A stretch of 64,000 bases of DNA from Zootoca vivipara (Eukaryota), in the NCBI RefSeq assembly GCF_963506605.1, contig NC_083279.1, positions 10,788,001-10,852,000 of the forward strand, given 5' to 3'. Position numbers and translations under genes: made by a program. Below, in pieces: positions 25,365 to 37,276 of this stretch (positions are counted from its first letter, which is position 1; every line of letters begins with the position of its first letter). Under the pieces are notes generated by a model, which saw nothing but the letters and a program-made list of their open reading frames with translations, had not been told where the DNA came from and ran no database searches.

Positions 25365-26330
25365 TATAAACTTTTATTTATTACAATCTTGCAGAGAAGC
25401 AAAAATATCATGGTATGTACACTAGCATGATAGTATATAGTGCTCAATACTCACAGGGGAAAGGTTCAGGAGCAATTAAACACAGAGACATTCTTATGAG
25501 ATTAAGGCCACAATTTTATTATCTCCTGGTTACTGCTATAAATTAGGTCGGCATGGCATAAGGCAAGGATTACATGATTAGACAGCCTCCCACTTGGCTT
25601 ATACACCCCAACCTGGGGAACCATTAGGGAGCTGAATGCCATCAGGGGCCAACCCCAGTGCAGGGCATTCAAGTGAGATCCACACTTGCCAACCTGAGAG
25701 GAAGCAAAGGCCTTAAACCAGGGGTCCCCAAACTAAGGCCCGGGGGCCAGATGCGGCCCAATCGCCTTTTCAATCCGGCCCGCGGATGGTCCATGAATCG
25801 GCATGTTTTTACATGAGTAGAATGTGTGCTTTTATTTAAGATGCATCTCTGGGTTATTTGTGGGGCACAGGAATTCGTTCATATTTTTTTTCAAAATATA
25901 GTCCGTCCCCCCACAAGGTCTGAGGGACAGTGGACCGGCCCCCTGCTGAAAAAGTTTGGTGACCCCTGCCTTAAACCTTCAACCACCCAAAACCTCTTAT
26001 AGAGGTCTTCCTTGGCAACCAATAATCCCACTCATAGCCCTTAACCCGCCAACCAATGTTGTAACAAAGCATAACATAATGTGATACTGGATAAAAGCCG
26101 GGGGGGGGATTACTGCTATGAGAAAGATGAAAAACCTCACTACAAAGAAGTCAATTAAGCAGAGAAGAAAATTCTTTCTTAACCCTCTTAACTAGGGTGG
26201 GTGGGTGATGAAGATGCTGCAACCACGGCTGCATGTGGGGCATGGTGGTTTGGATCTAAGGCACCAGCTTGGCCCAAAGAAGTAAAGTTTCCTCTCTAGT
26301 CCACACTAGACACCTTGACAGTGAGCCAAT
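25365..26330 (-). mobile_element. Probable non-coding remnant of a DIRS/Ngaro-type or LTR-like retroelement
   Basis: The minus strand has AATAAAATTGTGGCC and ATTGGTTGGCGGG motifs remembered from tyrosine-recombinase retroelement termini, plus two AATAAA. It is interrupted by a hAT MITE; no coding evidence. Confidence 0.35.
25719..25968. mobile_element. 250-bp hAT (Charlie/OC1-like) MITE, family B copy 1
   Basis: TIRs CAGGGGTCCCCAAACT / AGTTTGGTGACCCCTG; perfect TSD CCTTAAAC. Confidence 0.95.
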
Positions 26331-29300
26331 AGGGAGAGCTTCTCCTTGGACTGGTAGTCCAGATCTGCTCCTACCATACCAGTACAAGATGCACAAGTAT
26401 GCCGAGAGGCAGCAAGCATGGGTCTATAGAACAGAAATGGATAACTTGTGGCCTTCAGATGTTGTTGGACTAAAGCTCCCACCATCCCTAACCACTGGCC
26501 ATGCTGGATGGGAATTATGAGACTTGGGATTCAACAACCTGTGCCTCTGGAGGGCAAAAAAGTTACCCACCCTTGCTATAAAGCTAGAAGTGACCTACAG
26601 CTGAGCTGATGTGGAGGTGCATTCGCAACTGAAGGCATTCTCCATTTGAAGAGCTCTCCATTTCAAATCCAGTGTAAAACTAAAGAACCAGAAGAAAGCA
26701 GAAGAGGAACCTTCAAGTGGCCCATCAACAGTCAGCATCTGAACAAAAGACTGAGCAGGCACACAGGGCACCGGGTCACTGCCTTCCCGATTAGGGTGAG
26801 TTGTACTGTATTTATTAGCAAAAATATAGTATTTCCTTCTAATTTATCCATCTATGGCTATACATTATATAAAATTTGCACAAACTAAACTCTACAAAAG
26901 CAATACTGAGGGGTTGCTGCCTAACACAAAAACTCCCATCCTCCTATGGTTGCCCTCTGAAATTATTGAAGCATCCAAGGAAGGAACCACAGTGCAGTGT
27001 CCTCATGCTGCCAAGGTTATATGCAGGCAAGAATTAATTTGCCTGTACAATCAAGACCTATAAGGTTTGCCACCGTTTGGGTCTTTTTAATGTTAAGATG
27101 TTCATGACCAGAGGAATCCAACAGTGATTTTGGTGAGATATTTTTAATGCTGTCTGTGTTAACATTTTTTTAAAGGTGTATTTCTATAAGATTGTCTTAG
27201 CCTTTGTTCACAGTGCAGGTGGGGGGGGGGAGAGAAATCATGTATTTATAAAAAGAATTTTAAGCTCCTTTTTAGAGCAACACCCTCGCAAATCAACCTA
27301 CAAAAGCAGTGAGAGAGAAAGCACAATGGAAAAATACACAGCAGAGCAGTAGAAAGAAAGAGCTGACAGGCAGTTATAGAGCAACTTGCTTCTGACTGCA
27401 GTGTTGCTCCCAAAAGAGGCACATCTTGCAATTACCGAGAATGGCATTCATTTTTTTATATTCAGCAATATTCAACTAATGATTAAATAAAGCCAAATCT
27501 AATGTCCAATAATACTATATATGAGTGCAATTTTCAATTGCTGCTCAAAATGATGTGGATTTGAGCTTTGATGCTTTAGGAAAATGAGTAATAAAAGACA
27601 TTTCACCATTAAGAATGAAGTCCTATTCCATCCCACTGAGGGGGAGGGTTAGGAAGGTGTGGAGTTACCACTCAACCAGCCTCCATCAACAGAAAGAATT
27701 TCTGCCAGATGGGGGAGTCTACCACAGCAGAAACCTCAGCTATGCCCGGTCAGTAGGCAAAAAATAGCACATATTCATATGGGGCACCACAGGAATTGCA
27801 ATTGTGAATCCCTTAAGGGTCCCAATTTCAATAGTTCTTTTAGTAGCTGTGGGGCTTTACAATTCTTCTAACAATGCTATGAGCAGTTAATAATAATCAA
27901 TATAATTAATAAATGATAAATATTACTACATTGAAAAGGGTTCCAATCTTTGGGCTCCTAGGTCAAACCAATGTACAATCATGGTGGCTCTATTGATCTG
28001 TTCTGCTGCTTTCCATCCAGGATTACGATTACTGGTACTCTGCCTAATGCAGATCTAAACCTAAAAACAGCACAGCAATTCCCTAGACAAGTTGGTAGCT
28101 AGCACTGCTTTGAGAGGTTTTTCAACATCATCCTGTCAAGCTAGGCTTCTTGAAGCATTCAGATTTCTTTTGCACTATTCATTATACTTACAAATATACA
28201 CACTTCAATTTAACAAATTCAAACTAAACTTTAATTGATGACAATTAATTGTTATTCAGGGCCAACATCTGTATGTTCACCAAGCTATTTGGAAATACTT
28301 GATAAAGAATGCCAGCACTGCCATAAGCATTTGTATCAATCTGAGCAAATCCTGTTTGGAGAAATGAAAGACTGATGTGCAGAACCATTATGTAAAATGA
28401 TAAATTGTTTTCTGAGAACAAAATCATCAGTTAGATTGGAAATGAGAGACTATAGAACTCACCCAAATATGGATTATTATTCACCATGTTGCTTGTGAAG
28501 GATAATGCAGGCTGGAATTCTAAACACATGAACCTGGAAGTAAGAATCACTGAATCCTTTGTTCTAAATAGACTGATAAAGGTAGTCCTGGTTGAAGATT
28601 ACTGAGGCCTGGTAAGGACCAACTTGCTAGTGGTAGATGACAAGACCATATCACACTCTGACTAGGTAAAGAACCTAGAGCTATCTTGCACCCATGTTGC
28701 TGTTTGTAAAGCAGATAACAGCAGTGGACAAGGATACGTTTCATCAATTGCACCTATCATGTAGTGTCCACTTCTTCCTTGGTAAAATAATGCTATACTG
28801 ATCTACACTTTATGAAAACAAGTAGGACATGAACGTAACACTCCAGTTAAGGTTCCCCCTGCTCTACCCAGTCAGAACGATTAGGTACAAATAATAAAAT
28901 TATTATTATCATCATTATTACCCACAACTAAGAATAAAACTATTTTCATCATACTCATGCTCTAGATAGATGACAAGTCTGTGCATAAACAAGCTATACT
29001 GTTATAAAGCAGATATTTAAAATTTCAGCCAGAAGACTAATAAATATTTGGTATCCCAACCAAACACTGCTTGGTTACACTAGCACTACTCTCTGTGTTT
29101 CATATCTGAGACGAAGATGAAAATATGTTCAAAGATTGAAACAGGTAATACATTTCCAAGATGTGGAGGGCAAGAATCCTATGGGTGTGGGGGTTGATCC
29201 AGTCATGCCCATCCATTTACAGAAGAGTTTTGGCTCCAGTGGGTGTCTACACCATTCCACCTTCCCTCTGCGCATACTCACACCCCGATAAACTCCCCAA

Positions 29301-29354
29301 AACAGCATGAAAAGCAGTTTGTAGGCAATCTGGCCTTACCTCTTTTTCAAATGG

Positions 29355-30560
29355 AAATCTGGAGCCAGGTCATCCCACTACACGGTAATTTATCCCAGCG
29401 TTTCTCAACCACTGTTCCGCGGCACACTAGTGTGCCGCGAGACGCTGGCTGGTGTGCGGCGACGTGCGGCGACGAGAAGGGCGATTTGCATTGTCACGTG
29501 ACTGGCGGCCGCCAATAGGCAGCGCTGACCCGCCGGAAAGCAATATTTCTCCTCCTCTTTCCCAAAGCTCAGTGCAAACAAGCCTGGCGGCCGCCAATAC
29601 ACAATGCTAGCCCGCCGGAAAGCAATATTTGGCAAGTGTTTCTTACAGTCATAATTATAATATAGGGCGGCACAGAGTTAAATTTTTTAACTTTTTTAAT
29701 GGTGGTGTGCCTTGTGATTTTTTTCACGGAACAAGTGTGCCGTGGCCCAAAAAAGGTTGAGAAACACTGATTTATCCCATTGTAAGATTAGCTTCACAAT
29801 CAAGAAATTTCTCCTAGTGTTAAATTGAAACCTACTCTCATATAACTTAAGCCTATTTAAATTTTGTCTTGCCCTCAGAGAACAAATATTTTCCCTCTTC
29901 TTTGTAATAGCTTTTCAGGTACTGGGAAAGCACTGTCTTCTCTCTCTGTCCCCAATCCCTGCCCAGTCTTCTCTTGTTTGATCTAAACATATCCAGTTCC
30001 TACAAATGTTTGTTATAGGACTTGTTCTCCATACCTTTGACCATTTCTGTTGCCCTCCTCTGAATCCTTTCCAATTTGCCCTTCATATAAAGTGAAGTGT
30101 TCCATGTGAGGGTGGACCAGTGCCAAATAAAGTGGAACTATTATTTATTGAGACTTGAAAACTATAGTTCTATTAATGAAGCCTAAAATCACATCCTGTT
30201 CAGTTTGTGGCAGTATGAAACCTTGAGAATGTTTTCACATGTATGCACTGTGCCTGGACAAATAATCCTCATCTAGGTAACCTGTACATCACATCTATTA
30301 TTTAGAGTGGCAGCCTATATGCAGAACTTTGAATCTGTCTCTGCTGAATTTCATTTTTAGTTTCACCCCTGGTTTCTATTCTGCCAAGGTCATACTGAAT
30401 TTTTTTCCTGAAGTGTGATCTTTTCCTCCTGATTTTATGACATCTGCATTTGCTAAGAAGTCCCTCCACCTCTTCATCTAAGTCTAGACAATGACAAACA
30501 TGTCAAAGAGCACCAAACCCTGGACACGGCTCTGCTGCACAGAGGAGCCAATGGAAAAAG
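29355..30560 (-). mobile_element. Old CR1 LINE 3' fragment, interrupted by a hAT MITE
   Basis: Antisense CR1-like tracts (ttgccctcctctgaatcctttccaattt; ctctgctgaatttcatttt; tccacctcttcatctaagtc; aagagcaccaaaccctggacac). Confidence 0.65.
29396..29769. mobile_element. 374-bp CpG-rich hAT (Charlie-type) non-autonomous element, family C
   Basis: TIRs CAGCGTTTCTCAACC / GGTTGAGAAACACTG; perfect TSD ATTTATCC; internal repeat GGCGGCCGCCAATA..CGCCGGAAAGCAATATTT present twice. Confidence 0.95.
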
Positions 30561-31711
30561 TGGTTCAAAGACAGTTACCATCCATACTCATTGATACCTA
30601 ACTATAGCAGCATCATTCTAAGCTGAACAACATCTAAATGTAAAATATTGTTTTCTGACAGTTATGCTATCTTTAAATACAAAAAGCCAGCTTTCAAAAG
30701 CAGGCTTTCTCAACTAATCTTCTGACTTCATATTAGGGAAAAGGGGTTTCTGGGTGCATTTATTTAGTATAAAAGCTGGTTACACTCCTGTTTGAGCCTG
30801 CAGACCATCTTTGCTATAAAGGGCCTGATCACGTGGCCACAAATATCACATGTTGCTTTCCAAATAACCAAATGATCATGAAAAAATGGCTGGACCTGCC
30901 ATGAATGACATTTTGGAAGACACTACAGGATTCATTAGACACTGCAATTGTATCATTGTATTTTAAAATTACTCAAAATACACACCTCATGGGGGCAGGG
31001 ATTGTCTGTTTCTGGTACTAGAAAAATATATCTGAGAATACTTTGTTATATATGTACCACAATATCCCATTTATCTTTCATGATCTCCAGAAGAAGTGTG
31101 GGTTGGAAGGCTGGGGAGACCTGGAAGGGATTTGTTAATACAATTAAACTATTCTGATTTCTGTAACAACTCAAATAATTCAAAGAAAAAAAGAAAAAAA
31201 CAGGCATTTTAATATAAGTTGACCTCTGCTATCTTTCTTTTTCAATGAGTCATTGTCATTTTCATGGAAGATTAAATTATTTGCTATTTGTCACTGGAGG
31301 AGTTGATTATAGACAAAATTTAAAAAACTGACAAGTTATATGATAGAAATGAATGGAATTTATGTTCTTATGAACCTAATGGCAAGCAATTATCTGTGCA
31401 GTACAAATGTGCTTTTTCATCATGAACACCAGAAAGACATGTTGGAGAAGTTTCTAGAATACATTATTTATACAGCAAAGGAAAAGAGAAGGAAACAATA
31501 AAATACTGTATATGGCCACTTTGTTCAGTGCCTAATACAATTAGACACTAACTTTCTGTAAGGTTTTGCCACAAAGTTGCAAGCTATACACTAAAGTTCA
31601 TGAAACATTTATCCCAACTTAATTTCCTGAATGTTTCATTATGAAATATATTTACTCGTGTCACAGTCATGGATTTTGTTACATTGTTGTTATTATGTTA
31701 ATGTGTTTTGT

Positions 31712-31713
<2 letters not shown>

Positions 31714-31752
<39 letters not shown>
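31714..31752. repeat. (CA)n microsatellite
   Basis: Perfect run. Confidence 0.97.
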
Positions 31753-31754
<2 letters not shown>

Positions 31755-33189
31755 CAAATTCAGAGCACAGACTCCAACTTTAGTGGAATGTAAATTACTA
31801 TGTAATATGTGTACTCTATTCTATAAGTATTGTGCAGAAAATCTGTCCACATTTCCAATTTATGTTGATTACAAGTTAAGGTCTGGATAATTGTTTCATG
31901 ACAAAAAAAATCCATCTGTTTTGAACAGTTAAATCTGAAAACATTAAACAATGTTTAGAAGTTGAGTCAACTAAGATTTTCTGTCTTTTTCTGTCTCATC
32001 CGTTGAATTGTTCAACAAAGGAAGTTAAGGAAGTGGCCTTCTTAAGCAATGGCTAGATCTCATGAAGAGTCATTGAGTATATCTCCACATTGGACCTTAT
32101 TCTGTATATGCCAAGAGAACTTTACATACCGAGTCAAAAGCTTGTAATCATTTGCAGGTCGCCTCTGACTGGACTTAAGCATCCAGGGGTCATTTACCAC
32201 TTACCTTTTTTTACTTAATCATTTGCAATATATGGCAAAGTATGGTTCTTTCTAAACCATAAAGCATTTATTTTTAAAACAGTCAGGAAAAAACATGGTT
32301 CAGTCTTCATGAGACTGTGCCTCATCACAATGCAGATGGAGCATCATATATTTGAAAGCTCGTCTGTGTTAAAAATATCTCTGCACTGGAGCACATTATA
32401 GAATGTTAACCTAAAACATTTCTTTCTGATAAGCTAGATCTCTATGTGCTGAACAAATTTAATGTTGGGAAACCAGTTTCAAGTACTACAGATAGTCACA
32501 TGAAAACTGCCATGTGCTTTTTTAAAAACACATTGTATGTAGAATCCATTCTACAATAACATTCCAAAGGGAATGGGTTGAATCCTGGCTAAATAAGTTC
32601 AATTTATTTCTCACTGCAATCAATGAGACTTAAATTAATTTCTTTCTGCCACTGATTCCAATAGGAACTCAGTTCAACTAATTTGTGATCTAATCCAATT
32701 AATTCCATTATGACACAGATACATGTCTTACTCATGCAGACCTTCATATTGTTTTGCTTTGAAAAGCATGGTTCAATGTTACTAGTGCAAGACTCTGTAT
32801 GGGTCTTGGGTTCACATGCTCTCCCTCTATTCTTTTCCTTTACACATTAAAGGAGTTGATTGTAAGCTTCTACTTTGATTAAGCTGAAGTTTCCCATTGC
32901 ATCTGAACTCAGGAAAGTGTAATTAATTCTACGTAGTTAGCTAACAAATCAAGGCACCAAAACATTATTTTGTTTTGTTTTGTTTTAGCTAACCAGTTAG
33001 ACTATACCACAGTTTCTCAGGTCTGTACATTACAGGAAACCAATTTATTCCAAAATGAAAGTAGCAAGTTTTAATCTCCCTTTGCCCATGCAGAGGGGTG
33101 TAACGTGTGAGCTTGTGGGTCAAAGTAGCCGAGACATCATTGATGCAATTAGCAGTTAAGTGAGCAGTTTTTAAGAAGTACCTTTTGCT

Positions 33190-33262
33190 ACTAGCAGTAA
33201 TGGTATTAGCAATAGCAGTAGCAGTAGCAACAACAACAATAATAAAAGCAGCAGCAATAGCC
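33190..33262. repeat. Degenerate compound triplet repeat (AGC/AGT/AAC/AAT)
   Basis: agcaatagcagtagcagtagcaacaacaacaataataaaagcagcagcaatagc. Confidence 0.8.
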
Positions 33263-34575
33263 AAATGTGGGGGCTTGAGCGAGTTCAGAACCCTCGTAGG
33301 GAGATGGGAAACTTTAAAACTGTCCCCTGCAGTGATCCTAACCCAGTTCAGTCCCTCTGCACTCAATACAAGCAGCAGAAATGCATAGGATGGATCTGGA
33401 TTTATCTGGGTGATCTAAATTGAGACCACAGTGGGGACAAAGCTTCCCTGCCTGCCCCCCCCCTCGTGTCCTATTCTGGATCTGCCCACCCCCACCTTGT
33501 GCCTGCTATTCACTTTGAAAAACTATTCACAAATATCTTAGTTGTGTGAATGGTGTCTTGTCTAATCTGACCAGTGGTCCAGAAGCAACTCCTCCCCATT
33601 CGTCTGCTATCCCACATCTGGGTTTTTTGAGGCACATTTTTCCTGTGAGCACAACCTGTCCTCTTCCCCTCACCTTGGCAACTCCTGTCTGCCCAGGCCC
33701 AAGGATTCCTCTTTGATGTGGGTCATCAACACCCTTTGTCATATTAACTTGACAAAATTTCTATTCTCTACTTGACTAAGGAAAGGAAGCTTAGCCTGTA
33801 TTTTTACACTGGTCTGGAATCTTTCCTTCATTACTCCAAATATTAGCTAGATCCTGACATTCATTAATTTCTTGGGTTTTAAGGGGGTCTTCCACCCCCC
33901 AATCTTATACCAGTACCTTAGTTAATAAATCAAGGAAATTTTATTTCACTAAGTCATAGTTCCACAATATGTTCATATGCAATATTTGTTATTCGTTTTC
34001 TTTCATAATTTATTTGTAGCTGGCTGCGAGTGAGCCAAGCCCTTTGACTTTTTTCTCAATTTTGTTTCATTAAATCACAAACACTCATTTCCCAAAGAAT
34101 CAATGACCTTATTTAGACGACGCTTTCCTCTCAGCTGACCTTGAGGCAAAAATTACAGCAATCGGCAACTTCACCCACATTCAGCACAGTATGAAAAGGG
34201 TAAATGCTCTTCATTTCCCAACTCTAACATTCATCAAAGAGAGGAACATAGAAAAAGGGCAGATTTCAATGACATGCATCCAATAAATTGGAGACTCTTT
34301 ATTACATCAAACATCAATTCAGCAATTCTTAATCACAGTGCGTATCATTCTATAAGTTGTTCATTTTAATAACACTTGGAAAACCGAACAACAGACACCA
34401 ATAATTTCCAATGTAATAAAATAAATGCCATTGGAAATCCATTGTAAGTTGTCAAATATAGCCTAATTAATGCTTTTTTAAAAAAATTCCAGGGCCAGGT
34501 TTTTTTAGCCAGTAGGTACTCTTGGCATGGGGCAAACAATCCTACTCAAGGGTAAGCAAATGCTTATAGAGGACA

Positions 34576-34907
34576 CAGAGCCGTCTTTCCCATAGGGCTT
34601 AGTGGTGCATTGTGCCAGAGTGCTGGCCTCTCAGGGGAGCCTCCCAAGCCTCTGCAGCGATCCCTGCAGAGGCTTAGGATGGAAGCTGCGCCCCGCCAAC
34701 TATATGGCTGGCTGACGCGCAGCTTCCTTCCCAAGCCTCCACAGGAGGAAAGCAATCCCTGCCGAGGCTTAGGATGGAAGCTGCGCCCCGCCAACTATAT
34801 GGCTGGCAGTGCGCAGCTTCGCACACACACCCCCACTATCTGTGGCAATTTGGGGGCGCTGGGCAGATATTTGCACCCCGGTGCCACATCTGCTAAAGAC
34901 GGCCCTG
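34576..34907. mobile_element. 332-bp hAT (Tip100-like termini) non-autonomous element, family D
   Basis: TIRs CAGAGCCGTCTTT / AAAGACGGCCCTG; TSD AGAGGACA/AAAGGACA. Internal ~42-bp direct repeat GGCTTAGGATGGAAGCTGCGCCCCGCCAACTATATGGCTGGC. Confidence 0.85.
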
Positions 34908-37140
34908 AAAGGACAATTTACATGCAATGTAAAAAATGCTGACATGCAGTCTCCCTGGTTATTTTGGAACCCTGCCCTTCCAGATTTCCCAGTTGTGTGG
35001 GAAAAGCTACATACACAAAAGATGTCATGCTGGCATTCAAAGAAAATCTTTACTGTTACAATCACTGACCAGCATTCCACACAGACATTCAGCACAGAAC
35101 CTGCCACCGAAATTATGCTCCTCCCTTCTATACGATGGTGGTCCCCACAGTGCTATGTACATTCACTCAACCTGGATATGCCATAGGAACAGGGCTTAAA
35201 TAATCTTTTTGGAAGATAATTTTTCTGATATTATATTTTATGTACAGATTAGGTTGATCTTATGTATTGAATGTTTCTTTATTTCACAAATTTCCAAAAA
35301 AAGAGACATTGCACTGCCTTTGTAACCTAAGAAAATCATTAAAATAAATAATTATTTAAAAAAGAACAGGTAGACAGATATAGGTATATTCTCTCTAGAA
35401 TGCAATGGATAATATCTTAATAATAAAGTATAGTCAGATTCCCACCACCACTGGATGGAATGAGCTTTACAAGTGCTCTCATTTGCTTTACAAAACAGAG
35501 TTCTCTTCTGCCCAATTCATGTCAACTATCCCCACAGGCTGCTGGACACTTGCCATGTGATTATTTTGTTTCAGTGGTTTGCTCTTCTTGCTTATTAGCC
35601 TTTCCAGTTTTTAAATCTTTAGAAACAACAGAGGATCACTTAGGGTCTTAATTTCAATTAGCCACTATAGAACAGCATTTCTAAATACAAATAATTCCAC
35701 AACTGCCATCACAGTGGACAATGGACACCACAAGTTTAGCACTAAGGAAGATGCAAGTGCACTGGGGTAGAAATGAAATTCAGCCCAGAAGCATAATGAA
35801 AGTGGTCCTGAAATGGCCATAGAGTTCATTCAGAAAAACTAATGATCTTCAAAATTGGTTAATAAAAGACCAGAGATCCGATGGGCTTATATTTCTGCTA
35901 ACATGGTTTTCATTAATTAATTCAATCTACTGAGATCACAACCAGTAATATTAATACTATAATGGACAGCTTTCTAATCAGTTCCATTTGCAGTGAAGCA
36001 TTTTATTCTGCCTGCTTTCCGTTATTATTCATGTCAGGCTTTCCTATTAAGCCACTGGATCTGACATCTGTCACTAAGATAAGTTAGAAGGCTCATCCCC
36101 AAAGACAGGCTAGCCTGAAAGGAATTAATTTACACCACACTTCTACAACTTGGACACTTTTCCTAAACAAATTCTAGTCATGGCTCAATCTATTACGAAT
36201 ATTAAGATGCATGTGCAATTTGAATGCATTCCAACTTTGTAACAAATGAAGCAAAATTGTTGGGAGTTTAGATAATGGAGCACTTGCTTCCAAACTTGTG
36301 TAAAGAGTTTAACTAGGTACTTCTAGGATTAACAACAGCAGCAGCAGCAACAAGGCAGACAGATTAAAAAATTAAGTCAAAAAGTCACAATACTACTTTG
36401 AAACCGAAATAAATTCAGCTAAATACTCTGGCAAATGTGGAAGTGTGAAGATTCCTGGAGAGGGGATTGTAGCTGCAGTACTTCTCTGTCAATCCTCTGC
36501 TGCTGCACTGCTGTAAAATAAGCCATACTTTGGGCTTAATGTGTCATCCAAACCTGGGTTCCTGGTTTGTTTGAAGCAAAACAAAGCATGAGCCCAGGTT
36601 CAGATGACATGCAAGCCAAAGCATGGCCTTGTTCATGGCACCACAGCAGCAGAAGAACTATAACAGGAGTAAAGCAGTCACCATTTCCTCTTTGGGAGTT
36701 GGGACATCAACTGAATAGTAAATAAACCCCAGAAGAGGATCCTGAAACCCAATACAATATAAGATGTCTAGAAAAGGAAATCAAATTAGAAATTCAGGAA
36801 ACATGGTGGTTTAGAACCAGCCCACACTAAAATATGACAGACTTGCCTAGCTAACACCATATGCTCACCATTCTCAGTGCCCCCAGCCGGAGAAAGTTTG
36901 ATTCTGCAGGTGACCATCAAAATGGCAGGCAACAGTAAACAGCAGTGTAGTAAGAGAAGATACAGAGCAAGGAAACAATGAGCTAGAAGCTGTTTTATAC
37001 TCCTTTTCCCCCAGAGGCTCCCCAGAGATAGCATCTGACCAATCCCAGGGTGCAGGAGGCTGGAATCATCTATAACATGATAATGTGATGTTCCTGCGAC
37101 ATTGCGACAAGCCCCAGCTGCAGATTGTAACACTAAAGGG

Positions 37141-37276
37141 CAGGCATCCCCAAACTTTGGCCCTCCAGATGTTTTGGACTACAATTCCCATCTTCCCTGA
37201 CCACTGGTCCTGCTAGCTAGGGATCATTGGAGTTGTAGGCCAAAACATCTGGAGGGCCGCAGTTTGGGGATGCCTG
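37141..37276. mobile_element. 136-bp hAT MITE, family A copy 2
   Basis: Same TIRs; perfect TSD CTAAAGGG. Confidence 0.95.

Noticed and set aside
32989-33388. Ala/Thr/Val-rich ORFs resembling signal or membrane peptides
   Set aside because: Artefact of the degenerate triplet repeat at 33190-33262.
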